A program made the position numbers and the translations under genes. Below are positions 13,401-26,639 of a DNA stretch of 64,000 bases, piece after piece. Within the stretch, counting starts at the first letter, position 1. Each line of letters starts with the position of its first letter. Source of the DNA: Nemertoderma westbladi (taxonomy: Eukaryota; Animalia; Xenacoelomorpha); NCBI GenBank assembly GCA_032718475.1, contig JAUCBJ010000005.1, positions 1 to 64,000 of the forward strand, in the 5' to 3' direction. A model generated the notes under the pieces. The model was not told the DNA's origin. It worked only from the letters and a program-made list of their open reading frames with translations, and ran no database searches.

Positions 13401-15852
13401 ACTATGTTTACCGGCACCGCTATCTTTACCAGTACCGATATCTTTACCGGTACCGCTATCTTTACTGGTACCGCTATCTTTACCGGTACCAGTATGTTTA
13501 CCGGTACCGCTATATTTACCGGTACCGCTATATTTACCGGTACCGCTATCTTTACCGGTACCGCTATATTTACCGGTACCGCTATCTTTACCGGTACCGC
13601 TATCTATACTGGTACCGCTATCTTTACCGGTACCGCTATATTTACCGGTACCGCTATCTTTACCGGTACCGCTATCTTTACCGGTACCGCTATCTTTACC
13701 AGTACCGCTATCTTTACCGGTACCACTATGTTTACCGGTACCGCTATCTTTACCAGTACCGATATCTTTACCGGTACCGCTATCTTTACTGGTACCGCTA
13801 TCTTTACCGGTACCAGTATGTTTACCGGTACCGCTATATTTACCGGTACCGCTATATTTACCGGTACCGCTATATTTACAGGTACCGCTATATTTAACGG
13901 TACCGCTATCTTTACCGGTACCGCTATCTTTACCGGTACCACAATGTTTACCGGTACCGTCATCTTTACCGGTACCGCTATCTTTACCGGTACCAGTATA
14001 TTTTCCAGTAGCGGTATCTTTACCGGTACCGCTATCTTTACCGGTACCGCTATCTTTACCGGTACCGTATCTTTACGGTACCGCTATTTTACCGGTACCG
14101 CTATATTTACCGGTACCGCTATCTTTAACGGTACCGCTATCTTTACCAGTACCGCTATCTTTACCGGTACCACTATGTTTACCGGTACCGCTATATTTAC
14201 CGGTACCACTCTGTTTACCGGTAACGCTATCTTTAACGGTACCGCTATATTTACCGGTACCGCTATCTTTACCGGTACCGCTATCTTTACCGGTACCGCT
14301 ATCTTTACCGGTACCGCAATCTTTACCGGTACCACTATGTTTACCGGTACCGCTAACTTTACCAGTACCGCTATCTTTACCGGTACCGCTATCTTTACTG
14401 GTACCGCTATCTTTACTGGTACCGCTATCTTTACCAGTACCGCTATCTTTACCGGTACCGATATCTTTACCGGTACCGCTATATTTACCGGTACCGCTAT
14501 ATTTACTGGTACCGCTATATTTACTGGTACCGCTATCTCTACAGGTACCGCTATATTTACTGGTACCGCTATCTTTACTGGTACCGCTATCTTTACCGGT
14601 ACCGCTATCTTTACCGGTTCCGCTATCTTTACCGGTACCGCTATATTTACCGGTACCGCTATCTTTACCGGTACCGCTATATTTACCGGTACCGCTATCT
14701 TTACCGGTACCACTATGTTTACCGGTACCGCTATCTTTACCAGTACCGCTATCTTTATCTTTACTTGTACCGCTATCTTTACCGGTACCACTATGTTTAC
14801 CGGTACCGCTATCTTTACCGGTACCGCTATCTTTACCGGTACCGCTATCTTTACCGGTACCGCTATATTTACCGGTACCGCTATCTTTACCGGTACCGCT
14901 ATCTCTACAGGTACCGCTATCTTTACCAGTACCGCTATCTTTATCTTTACTGGTACCGCTATCTTTACCGGTACCACTATGTTTACCGGTACCGCTATCT
15001 TTACCGGTACCGCTATATTTACTGGTACCGCTATCTTTACCGGTACCGCTATCTTTACCGGTACCGCTATCTTTACCGGTACCGCTATCTTTACCGGTAC
15101 CGCTATCTCTACAGGTACCGCTATCTTTACCGGTACCGCTATCTTTACCGGTACCGCTATCTCTACAGGTACCGCTATTTTACTGGTACCGCTACCTTTA
15201 CTGGTACCGCTATCTTTACCGGTACCGCTATGTTTACCGGTACCGCTATATTTACCGGTACCGCTATATTTACCGGTACCGCTATATTTACCGGTACCGC
15301 TATCTCTACAGGTAACGCTATATTTACCGGTACCGCTATCTTTACCGGTACCGCTATCTTTACCGGTACCGCTATATTTACTGGTACCGCTATCTTTACT
15401 GGTAACCGCTATCTTTACCAGTACCGCTATCTTTACCGGTACCGCTATATTTACCGGTACCGCCATCTTTATCGGTACCACTATGTTTACCGGTACCGCT
15501 ATCTTTACCGGTACCGCTATCTTTACCGGTACCGCTATCTTTACCGGTACCGCTATATTTACTGGTACGCTATCTTTACCGGTACCGCTATCTTTACTGG
15601 TACCGCTATCTTTACCAGTACCGATATCTTTACCGGTACCGCTATATTTACCGGTACCGCCATCTTTACCGGTACCACTATATTTACTGGTACGCTATCT
15701 TTACCGGTACCGCTATCTTTACTGGTACCGCTATCTTTACCAGTACCGATATCTTTACCGGTACCGCTATATTTACCGGTACCGCCATCTTTACCGGTAC
15801 CACTATGTTTACCGGTAACGCTATCTTAACCGGTACCAGTATATTTTCCAGT
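10490..15852. repeat. 18-bp minisatellite (TTTACCGGTACCGCTATC), about 5.4 kb, filling the last myosin V intron
   Basis: About 300 units with recurrent variants; lies between acceptor 10394 and donor 15858. Confidence 0.97.
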
Positions 15853-15858
15853 ACTCAC

Positions 15859-16065
15859 CTGACGTAGAAATGCGACAGTTACTCTCTCTTCATACTCATT
15901 AACCGGTGTGTATATACTCAGAATCTTGGTTATCTGCGCCGTGTTCAATCTCGTACACATCCCACCAATACACACCGCATCATCAGGAGTCTTCTTACTC
16001 ACTTGTAGCAGCTGAGATACCTGCACTAACGGTTCCAATACCTCAGATGTACCAGGGGCCCCGAC
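15859..16065 (-). CDS. Myo5: Myosin V exon: DIL domain C-part
   Basis: Acceptor gatacag|GTC. Translates [52 protein letters not shown]. Donor CAG|gtgagt; 207 nt. Confidence 0.92.
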
Positions 16066-16813
16066 CTGTATCAAACCAAGTTTCTATAAGAATTTCATTG
16101 ACCTTATGTTAGCTGAAGATTTTTAATGACTTTTCATTACACTTAGTACCCGATAGTCCACAGAAGTACTCTGGCAAGCTAAAATTCATTCAGCTGGCCT
16201 GCCACCTAATATATAACAGTGATTAACCTTGTAGATATTCCCATGGGATTCACTGGGATGGGAAGAGCTAACAACTGGGGTAAATACATTACAAACTAAC
16301 AGTTGATATCTGCTTATTGTCTCGGATAGTGTGCCTGAGCAAACACAACCTTACTAAACTTGGTAAGTAATATACTTCTCTGCAGTTTGGGCCTATTCAA
16401 TATTAGCATTCATTACTAGGCCCTCACTATCATTTTTTCATGAGCCCACCACCAGCGCTGGTGTTTCTATCATTGAGTCTATGGCAATTTTCGTGTTATG
16501 GGCAATTTTTCGAAATAAAAATAGTTGAGATATTTGAATTTAAACCGCGATTTCACAAGTACCCTTAGAAATCTATTTTCATGGTTCATGCAAAATTTCA
16601 TCAAAATCGTAGCTGGACCATTTTTGATCTAGGTAAGTTGTAGGTAGTAGTAGTCAGTAGTAAGTAGCTATTTATTCTTACAGTAATAATCAAGTCTTAC
16701 GACATGCTAACTATAGTTTAGTAGTTGTATTTAAATTCTATTTAAATTTATCTCCAACTTCAAAATACATTGTCTTGTGCTGTGAGTTCTACACGATAAA
16801 CATATTTACAAAC

Positions 16814-16996
16814 CTTGTGAGTTCTACACCATTCATCTAACTCAGATAGATTGTAACGGATTTGCATTCCTTTACTCCAGCAACACATATCCTTCCTTAA
16901 CAACATGTTATTCATTGTGCAGCTGCATATCATGTAGAACAACTGCTTTACCGTTTGTTTGATAACATCAATGTCCAACGCATGGCGGTACATAAT
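16814..16996 (-). CDS. Myo5: Myosin V exon: DIL domain
   Basis: Acceptor taatag|ATT. Translates [51 protein letters not shown]. Donor AAG|gtttgt; 183 nt. Confidence 0.93.
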
Positions 16997-17444
16997 CTAT
17001 TAAACAAAATATTATACTCACAATAATAATAAAATGACTATTTTTACAGAAAATAAGTAGGCTTTTTAACCCGCGAAGTGTAAGCGAAGATTCCGTTTCG
17101 TTTTCACCACCTCTAAACCACCGGTAGAGCGATTCTATTTATAACTGTACCGGTAGCGGAAGGCATTATGAAAATAAAACTGCAACACTTGAGATTAGAA
17201 AGATACTGTGGCCTACAACAACTGACATGCCTCTCCTCTCACAGACAGAGTGGTTTCTGAGAAAGAAAAGACATGACATTGTTAATCCTCTCGCACATAA
17301 ATAAGTTCGTGTGTGGGGGTTGACAGTCGTACACGGTGAAGGATGGAGGATACCGCAGTGAAAAGTAAGAGAAGTAATAATCTGTAGTTTTTATATTTTT
17401 TTATATATATTTTTATATATTTATATTTTTTTATTTTATATTTT

Positions 17445-18050
17445 TTTATACAACTGCAATAACATTAATTTCAACCCTAGAAAGTCGAAGGTTATTGTTC
17501 TACATAGCGGCTATAGGAAGTATTCTAGAATTTGTACACATTTTAGACTTGGTAGCAATGTATTAGAAGTAGTTACTAAATTTAAATATTTAGGACATTT
17601 CATTACGTCGGATTTCTCCGACGATGTCGATATTAAAGCTCAGACAAGGTCATTGTACTCTCGTGCAAATATTATAATTCGTAAATTCAATTACTGTTCT
17701 CATGCAGTTAAGGTTAGACTATTACGTAGCTATTGCTGCAATATTTATTGTAATGCTCTCTGGGCTGATACATACTACAGCCAGCGGGTTTTTAATAGTT
17801 TGAAAGTAGCCCTTACTAAATCAATAAAGAAACTATTTTGTATTCCTGGCGGTCCTGATTATAGTGCTAGTAAGATGCTAGTCAGCCTTTTTTTTTTTTT
17901 TTTTTGGAATCCCCTCTGTTGTTCATATACATCGCTTTGCCCTGCATAGCTTATTTTCGCGAGTATTCGAGTCGAATAACGAAGTTCTATGTGCAATTCG
18001 ATATTACTGCCTAGGCACTTCCGTTATTTATAAGTCATATCGCCGCCTAC
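17445..18050 (+). mobile_element. 5'-truncated non-LTR retrotransposon 3' fragment (RTE-X-like)
   Basis: INFNPRKSKV..LEVVTKFKYLGHFI..SRANIIIRKF..KVRLLRSYC..Y..ALW; thumb region, disrupted downstream. Confidence 0.7.
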
Positions 18051-18419
18051 GAGCATAATCTACTTATATTTATAAGTGTTAGAATTATTTAATTAATTAT
18101 TTATCTACGTATTTACTTACCAATATATAAAATTTGTGCTTTATAGTATTACTTAATTATATTTAGTGTGTTCCGGTAATCATAATATGTCCTATTCTTT
18201 ATGGATGAAATAAAAGAGAATTATATTCTTTGAGTTCAAATGGATTGATTAACTGGTTGGAAACACAAAATAAAGTGGCTTTTTCTGACCGCTAATTCTG
18301 AAAAGTTTTAATTTCTCAAAACACGACTCTGTATCATTCGAAAACTTGTGAAAGGCTGTAGAAAGGTAATGAGATTTAATAGCTCATAGTTTATTGTACA
18401 AACCCGATAATAAACCAAC

Positions 18420-19430
18420 CTGAAGGAAGGAAGTTAATTGTTTCACTATGGAGTCCACCGTATAGACGGGCTTGCCATCCACTGTGGACTCCCGTCTCGA
18501 GCGGCCACTGACTGAGGCCCTGGGTCCACCGCCCACCGCCGCCCCAGTGATACCCTCGTGCTCCAACATCCCCGGCACTATCATCTGCTCCAACCGCTGT
18601 CTCATGGACCCGACCATATTCCCGTAGATCTGCACGCAAAGATCTTCAAACACAGTCTGAAACTCCGCCAGATCGAAGTTACGTAAACAATGTTCGTTCT
18701 GCAGTTTAGTGTTCCATTTCGAATATTCTAGATCCCCGCTGTACTGCTTCAAACAATGTAGAAGTCTTAGACTGTTAGACAACCAAAGACACGAGCATTC
18801 TATATCAGACGGCCGTTTCTTTAAGGCTTTCTTTATTCCTTGTAGAGAAGCGTAGAGTAATTTCTTCACTAATACGTCGTTGTTGACGTAATCGCAGTAT
18901 CGGATACACATGAATATGATGTAAGCGGGTAGACTCGGCATTAACGTAACAGCCACTATGGGTTTCAGCTCGATAATTAGGTTCCTTATCAACCTGGATT
19001 CGTCGCTCGGGTTGTAGGATAGCAGACCCATAAAGCCGTGGTCTTTCTGTTTACTAATGAGTAGATTACCTTCGGATACCCTGCGATTCGAATCGAGGGC
19101 GCCCGTCTGTTCCTCGATAAACGCGGCCGACTCGCGCCGTTTGAGCTGCGCTACGCTCTGCTTTACGCTGCGTCTTAGTCGTTTCATCTGCTTCTCCTGT
19201 GCGTCGACTAGGTTGCGTAGATCGATGTTCTCGCTGGCCAGTCTCGTTAACTCGTTCTGTATCCCCGCGTCGACGCGCTCGCGAGGAGACAATCTCATCG
19301 ATTCGGATAGGATTCGTTTCTGTCTGTCGTTGTCCTCTTGCACAGAGTCCAACCGTTGCGTCAGTTCTAGAATACTCATCTCGCTGTTTCGGCTTACTGC
19401 CTGTCTCTCTGCTTCCACCAGCCGACAAAC
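18420..19430 (-). CDS. Myo5: Myosin V exon: distal coiled coil and start of globular tail
   Basis: Acceptor ctttag|GTT. Translates VCRLVEAER..LIRNLIIELKP..LPAYIIFMCIRYCDY..WLSNSLRLLHCLKQYSGD..NEHCLRNFDLAEF. Donor CAG|gttggt; 1011 nt. Confidence 0.93.
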
Positions 19431-19554
19431 CTAAAGAGTAAACCACAATATAAGAGAAGTAAAATAATTTAGAAATAATAAGAAGAAATGAAGACAATGA
19501 GAAGAAATAAATTTTGGTAAGAGCTCCTCTTCTGCATAAAGTTATATTCAATAA

Positions 19555-21170
19555 TTCAATATTTTTACTCTCAATATTTTTACTCTCAATATTTTTACAC
19601 TAAATATTTTTACTCTCAATATTTTTACTCTCAATATTTTTACACTAAATATTTTTACTCTCAATATTTTTACTCTCAATATTTTTACACTAAATATTTT
19701 TACTCTCAATATTTTTACTCTCAATATTTTTACTCTCAATATTTTTACACTCAGTATTTTTCAATCGCGATATTTTTACTCTCAATATTTTTTAACTTAG
19801 TATTTTTTAATCGCGATATTTTTACTCTCAATATTTTTTAACTTAGTATTTTTTAATCGCGATATTTTTACTCTCAATATTTTTACTCTCGATATTTTTA
19901 CTCTCAATATTTCTACTCTCAATATTTTTACTCTCAATATTTTTTACTCTCAATATTTTTACTCTCAATATTTTTACTCTCAATATTTCTACTCTCAATA
20001 TTTTTACTCTCAATATTTTTACTCTCAATACTTTTACTCTCAATATTTATTACTCTCAATATTTTTACTCTCAATATTTTTACTCTCCATATTTTTACTC
20101 TCAATATTTTTACTCTCAATATTTTTTACTCTCAATATTTTTACCCTCAATATTTTTACTCTCAATATTTTTACACTCAATATTTTTACTCTCAATATTT
20201 TTACACTCAATATTTTTACTCTCAATATTTTTACACTCAATATTTTTACTCTCAATATTTTTTACTCTCAATATTTTTACCCTCAATATTTTTACTCTCA
20301 ATATTTTTACTCTCAATATTTTTACTCTCGATATTTTTACTCTGAATATTTTTACTCTCAATATTTTTAAACTCAATATTTTTACTCTCCATATTTTTAC
20401 TCTCAATATTTTTACTCTCAATATTTTTTACTCTCAATATTTTTACCCTCAATATTTTTACTCTCCATATTTTTACTCTCAATATTTTTACTCTCAATAA
20501 TTTTTACTCTCAATATTTTTACCCTCAATATTTCTACTCTCAATATTTTTACTCTCAATATTTTTTACTCTCAATATTTTTAAACTCAATATTTTTACTC
20601 TGAATATTTTTACTCTGAATATTTTTACTCTGAATATTTTTACCCTCAATATTTTTACTCTCAATATTTTTACACTCAATATTTTTACTCTGAATATTTT
20701 CACCCTCAATATTTTTACCCTCAATATTTTTACACTCAATATTTTTACTCTGAATATTTTTACCCTCAATATTTTTACTCTCAATATTTTTACACTCAAT
20801 ATTTTTACTCTCAATATTTTTACACTCAATATTTTTACTCTGAATATTTTTAAACTCAATATTTTTACCCTCAATATTTTTACTCTCGATATTTTTACTC
20901 TGAATATTTTTACTCTCAATATTTTTAAACTCAATATTTTTACTCTCAATATTTTTACTCTCAATATTTTTACTCTCAATATTTTTACTCTCAATATTTT
21001 TACTCTCAATATTTTTACTCTCGATATTTTTACTCTGAATATTTTTACTCTCAATATTTTTAAACTCAATATTTTTACTCTCAATATTTTTACTCTCAAT
21101 ATTTTTACTCTCGATATTTTTACTCTCGATATTTTTACCCGCGATATTTTACTCTAGATATTTAATCTCG
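19555..21170. repeat. 15-bp AT-rich minisatellite (TTTTTACTCTCAATA), about 1.6 kb, intronic
   Basis: About 105 units filling most of intron 19431-21237. Confidence 0.95.
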
Positions 21171-21237
21171 AAACGAATATTTAAATACTTCGATGTTGGG
21201 GCTTGTAAATAATTTTTTATAACACATTTCGTCTCAC

Positions 21238-22794
21238 CTCCTTCTGACTCTGATACGCCATAGCGAGATCTCCCTTCTCCTCAAGCTCCTCTATGTCCTT
21301 CAACAGGAAGTTAACATCCGTCATGGTCTCCTTGGAGGATCGCGGATGCTCCATCCTCGTGTTCGCGATAACCAGTTTCAGTTGCAGCACCTCGTCCCGT
21401 CTCGCTCCCAACTCCTCCTGCATCGCCTCGTGTTGCTGCAGAATCTCAACCAACGGAATCCCCGTATCCCCCGTCGATTTCTCCTCCGCAATCGACTGAC
21501 ACAACTTATAGATATCGCTTTTCAGTTTGCTGTTCTCTTCAGTCAACTCCTGGAGTTTAAGATTCTCGAGAATGGCCAATGAATCCGAGGTTCGTTTGGT
21601 CGCCAACTGATCATCTTTCTCCTCAACCTCGTCTCGCAACCGACTCAACTCGGCCTCCTGCAGCTTCACCTTATTCTGATACTTCAGGAGGACCGAGAGA
21701 TCGAGTTGGTCGTTGGACTCCCCGTCACCCTGAGACGACGGGAACGGCGGAGCTGCGCGTCTCGTCGGGGTCGTTACGAGGTGCTGCATCTCGGCTAGGT
21801 TGTCGATCCGCTGTTCCAACGAGAAGGCCTCCTGCACCTTCGCCTGGTACTGCCCCCGCGCCTCGTCCAGATCCACCGAGATCTGACGTTCCCGAAACTC
21901 GCCAACCTTCATCACCTCCCGTCGCGCACTGCGCTCCTCATCAACCGCCATCTTCAACTCCGTAACTTTCTCTCTCATCCTATCAACCTCCTCCTCTGCC
22001 TCTTTAACCTTTAACTCTTTCTCGTTTTGCAACCGATCCAACGCAACCTTCAACTCTCCATTATGTTTCTCGGATTCTAAGTACATAGCTTTATAATTGT
22101 CCCTTTCAGCCATTAACGACTTTATTTCCTCACTGCGTAACTTTATTTCACCATCTCTCTCATGCACAACATCCTTTAACTGCCTCAACTTATTAGCGGT
22201 GTCATTAAAACTCTTCTGACTGAAGTTAAATTCTTTAACTTGAACATCGAGTCGTTGTTGTAGAGTGATTATCTTCTGTTCAAGACCTTTGTTCAAACCT
22301 TTCAACTTATCCACCGATCTCGCCTCGATACGCAGCAACTTAAACTGCCGCTTCGCGAGAACCCGCCGCCGACAGCACTGCAGGTAGACGATGAGTCGCA
22401 AGCTACGCGCGTAGCGCCGCCGCGCTAACCACCCGCGGACGATCCGTTGTATCGCGGTCGCCCGCGAGTCGAAGAGAACCCGTCGGTACTCCCGTCGGCC
22501 GTTAACGCCCCGGACAAACGATTGGATCGCGATAGCCGCGGCCCGTTGTCGTAGATACCAGACGCGTCGCTCGTAGCAACGCCAGTACTTCTGCACGACG
22601 ACGGCGGCCCGAATGCGACGGAGGTGCGCCACCTTGCGGCGAGCGAGTAAACCGCGTCCGTAGGTCTGCGCGATCAACACCGCCCGTTTCAGTTTAGTGT
22701 ATCGCCGCATCTGCAACCATCCGCGCACCAACTTCTGCATAATCACGCAGGATTTACGGAGTTTATCAGACCGAAGTTTTTCGAGATAGGCCAC
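21238..22794 (-). CDS. Myo5: Myosin V exon: six IQ motifs and coiled-coil stalk
   Basis: Acceptor ttccag|GTG (VAYLEKLR continues RAGQ). Six IQxxxRGxxxR-like motifs, then EARSVDKLKGLNKGLEQKI coiled coil. Donor GAG|gtgaga; 1557 nt, phase 0. Confidence 0.95.
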
Positions 22795-22873
22795 CTGGAA
22801 ATAAACAAATAATCAATTATTATGCCGAAGGTTTAAATTAAAAATTAAAATTAAAAATAAAACTTTTAGGAGT

Positions 22874-23850
22874 TTAGTCCCAGAATAGACCGATGGTATG
22901 TGTGGCAGCAGTTCCCATCACTGATGCCGCATTGCCGATCAGGATTGCCATCTCTAGGCGTTGTAGCAGAAACTGGTGCGTCCGCGGTTCGTGGGTGGCG
23001 TTATGGAGGCGATTGCCGATCTCCCGGAGGAAGGTGGATGTCTCTGACCCGGGGCGGCCAACGGTCTCAAAGGCCGCGTGGTGAAAGAAGTGGCCCCGGT
23101 CCATTAGGTCGCGATACTTTGTACTTTTAGTTTGCTCTGCCCCTTCTGTAGTGCGCCCCCCAGCGAGGATTATCTGTTGAATGTGGCTGTGGGCCAGCGG
23201 ATCTACCACTGTGGCATCCCATGCTAGGGTTCGGCCCTGTGACCACGGGGTCATGGTGACGCCTTCCACCCTCCTCCCGTCACTCCGGAGACAGGGGGGA
23301 AACCGGACGCAAAACCCGCTTTGGCGAATTAATATCCCGCCTCAATGTTAAATTATCAATTTAGGGAAAGAAGCAGGTTACAGTGGCACGTTATTTTAAC
23401 CAAAACAATAAACTAAACACAATAGAACAGGTTACAGTTTTATTTTTGAGAGTAATCATGTTATTTGCGTCCAATTTCCCCTGGAGAGGGATGAATTTTT
23501 ATTGCGTCCAGTTCCACACCCCCCCCCCCCCCCCTATCTGTCACTCCGACATAAACCTGGGGCTCTAGGATTGAAGGCACCCCACAACTAACCAGCGCCC
23601 CCCGAATGATGTTGTTTACCATCGCGTGGCGGGTGTGCCGGCCACCTGTGGGGTTCGACGTCCTTAAACCCCAGTCTTATAGCGATGGCGATGCGGAACT
23701 GCGAATCATTGAGGAAATGATTGAAATATGATGAAAAGGTAAATAAATAAAAAGTATAAATAAAGATGCCATCCGTCCGTGATGGCGGGCGAGGAGGGTA
23801 GTGATGCGACCTCGTAGAGGCCGTCAGAAAGGGCGGGGTCCATTGTCCTA
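22874..23850 (-). mobile_element. CRE-like (restriction-like endonuclease) non-LTR retrotransposon 3' fragment, interrupted by a MITE-like repeat
   Basis: FRIAIAIRLG, then GVTMTPWSQGRTLAWDATVVDPLA..KYRDL..AAFETVG.PG..FLLQRL..AI..GNAASVMGT. Confidence 0.7.
23290..23535. repeat. Dispersed MITE-like repeat (relatives at ~8480-8560/10005-10090, ~36990-37200, ~47880-48110)
   Basis: Shared tttagggaaag..caggttacagt..ttattttaacc..caggttacagttttattttg core. Confidence 0.7.
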
Positions 23851-23924
23851 CTAACACGCTATTGTATGTATTGTATGTTTGTGCTTTTGCCTATTAATTT
23901 CGCAGTTAAATTCTTGTAAATCTT

Positions 23925-25430
23925 CAGCCCATACACTACTACTACTACTAGGATCGGCATGCTGCATTGCAGCTGCATTTTTAAAAATGCTGTGCCGGCT
24001 TGTCGACAAAATTGTGCCGCCACAACTCCCTATCACCCATGACATTTGCTAGATCATCCGCATCTTCAAGGCCAGTGTCCTTTAAGATGCGTCTCAAGAA
24101 AGTCATGGGCTGTCCACCATGCTTATTCACTACATGAGGCTGCCAAAGTACAAGATTATGCACTGGCTGGTCCTCACGGCGAAAGCAATGTCCTGCAAAG
24201 CGGAGGCGATTTTGTTCTAGTGTCAAGCTTGGGGGAACCAATGAGACACCTCCAATGTTATATAGTGTCTGGTTGGAGATGTGTGCATTGTACTTGACAC
24301 AATGAACCCGGCGTAGCATTCTTGTGAATGTGCCATGCAGAGATTTGGTGTTAGCCGTTAGCAGTCTCAGCGTCAGCGTTACCGGACTCAGCAGTTAGAG
24401 CCCAGCATGGACTCCCATAGAGGAGTACTGGAACTTCTGCTGCTCTAAATAATCGGACCTTAAGTTTCCGATTAATTCTCGGTGACTTCCAAATCCTGGA
24501 AAGCCTATTCAAGGCTGCCCATGCCTTTCCCTTACATATTCGAAGGTCCTCACCTGACTTCCGGATCCATGATCCCAGGTAACAGAAGTCATCCACATGC
24601 TCAAGCATACCATCCTTTGAGCTTATGCTCATCCGATCAGAGACTTGCTGAGGACTTTCAAAGTTAACTGTCAAAATTTTGGTCTTTCTGGAGTTAATAA
24701 AAAGACCAACACTAGAAGCAGCATGTTCTAATGAGCTGATGAGCCGTTGGGCTCCCTCTAGTGATTCTGAGAGTACTCCTAGTCATCAGCAAAGTCTAGA
24801 TCAGTTAGGTACTTGGCAGGATTTCATAGACTTCTGGAGCCAGAAGGTGGAGTTATCATCACCCCATCACCATTAAGATGATCTAAGAACATGCGTAGGA
24901 CATATAGTCAACCACAATTATGAACAAGAATGGTGCAAGTGTGTCTCCCTGGGGGACGCCCCATAACACTTTTAAATGGTTCTGTGTCACCATCAACAGT
25001 AGACACAAATGTTGTCGAACCATCGTATACTGATCTGATTGCTGCAATAATTTCATCAGGAATCCCATATAATGAAAGTATGCTGAACATACGTGAGCGA
25101 GAGACTGAAACAAAGTCCTTGAAGAAGTCAACAAAGATAACAGCCAGATGCCTGTCTTTCTTTTTTGATAATTCTTCAATTATCCTTCTAAGTACCAAAA
25201 TGGGCTCCATGGTCCCACGACCTTTACGGAACCCATTCTGATTTCCACGCAGCAATCTCTCAATGGGATCCCTGATGCGATTTAATAGAATTCTATTGTA
25301 TAGCTTTGCAGAAATCGAGATCAATGAGATTTCCCGAAAAGAACCATAGAGTGTTAGGTTGCCCTTCTTGGGAACTGGCACCAACTTATTTGTTTTCATT
25401 TCTTGTGGGACTCATGTTGTTTGGTACATA
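23925..25430 (-). mobile_element. Degenerate RTE-clade LINE (RT + 3' end with (TAG)n tail)
   Basis: LVPVPKKGNL, QNGFRKGRGT, GVPQGDTLAPFLFIIVVDY, DFCYLGSWI, LLYGS..WALT, RLRFAGHC; several frameshifts. Confidence 0.88.
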
Positions 25431-26335
25431 TCTGGGAGTACAGACTCAGACACTTTTACTTGAATCAACCACACTGAATTTATATTGTGTGTTGTTTTCG
25501 CAATTTTTTTTAAGGCCGCGTTCCGAGTCAATGTCAAAGACAAAATGTAAAACACATGAAATTTAATTTTTTTCTAGAATATATTACATAATGTATTATT
25601 ATTTATTATTGCTAGCTATACTTATTTCCTTTTGTCTTTGACTTTGACTCGGTAGTGTGAACGCGGCCTAACATTGAAAACAAACAGGTAATCTTTTCCC
25701 GCAAACAAAATTTTTCTCGCTAAAAATTCTAGAACAAATATAATATAATAAAAAAATATAACTATTTACACCATTATGTGAAAATAGCACTTTACAGCGT
25801 TTATGGCACCACCTGTATATTTATGTAAATCTTCCTCGTTGCGCTCGCTCGGTACATAAATACACTCGGGTCAGAACGATGAAAAGTGTTACTTTACGCA
25901 CAAAGATGTCAATAGTTATATATATTTTCAGTTCATCATCAGAAATTCTCGCCAAAGTGGCTTGGCTTTAATTATATTGAACATGAACATAATACTCAAA
26001 ATCAATTTCTATATCGGAATTTAAAATATAATATCACGCAAAAGTTAGAATATTCCAAAAGAGAGATCAGAAAGAACAAAAAAATTTTTAAAATGTAAAG
26101 ATTTTTGTCGTTGTATCGGACATCTGAAAATGTTCAGCATTGATTGCAGTTAATAACAGTTAAATCAATCACACAGTGGTAGCTCAACAATGTAGTGTGT
26201 GGATAAATACGGACAAGTACATTAGGGTTGAGCACAGATGCATCAGATGATGGTATTGACAGATGGGAGACCATGGGGACGTAAATTGCGGACATACAAG
26301 GTATCAGATAGTATTTTCAGGTCCACCTTTTACCT

Positions 26336-26410
26336 GAGCCGCTAGCTGAATGGTTAGAGCGTCAGACTTCCAACCCGGAGGTCACCAGTTCGATCCCACC
26401 TGGACGTCAT
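26336..26410 (+). other. tRNA-Gly(TCC)-like sequence, probably a SINE head or tRNA pseudogene; partial inverted copy at 38171-38234
   Basis: A box TAGCTGAATGG, anticodon loop CTTCCAA, B box-like AGTTCGATCC. The acceptor stem does not pair, and the second copy shares the 5' flank. Confidence 0.6.
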
Positions 26411-26639
26411 TGCCGATATGTTCCAAAATAAGCTTGGTATTTCCTTAAACAATATTATTGGTCTGAATAACATTTATTTATCAATAATATATTAGTATTT
26501 TTCTACAACATTTATGTAAAAAAGTAGAAAATACTAGCTATTCACAAAATAAATATTTTATTGAATGGGATAATCTTTATATTATTATAGATACGCTCCG
26601 AAAGGAGTAAAATAATGACACATGGGGATTAGCATTAAA

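Noticed and set aside
10435-15829. Long (FTGTAI)n, (LPVPLS)n, (YRYRYL)n and (GTGKDS)n ORFs resembling antifreeze or beta-solenoid proteins
   Set aside because: The 18-bp unit is open in most frames on both strands, frameshifts occur repeatedly, there is no unique N/C domain or true ATG start, and the array sits exactly within a myosin intron.
19548-21099. (RVKIL)n/(SKNIE)n ORFs
   Set aside because: Translations of a frameshifting 15-bp intronic satellite.
26336-26410. Functional tRNA-Gly gene
   Set aside because: The acceptor stem does not pair and a truncated copy with shared flank exists; more likely a SINE or pseudogene.
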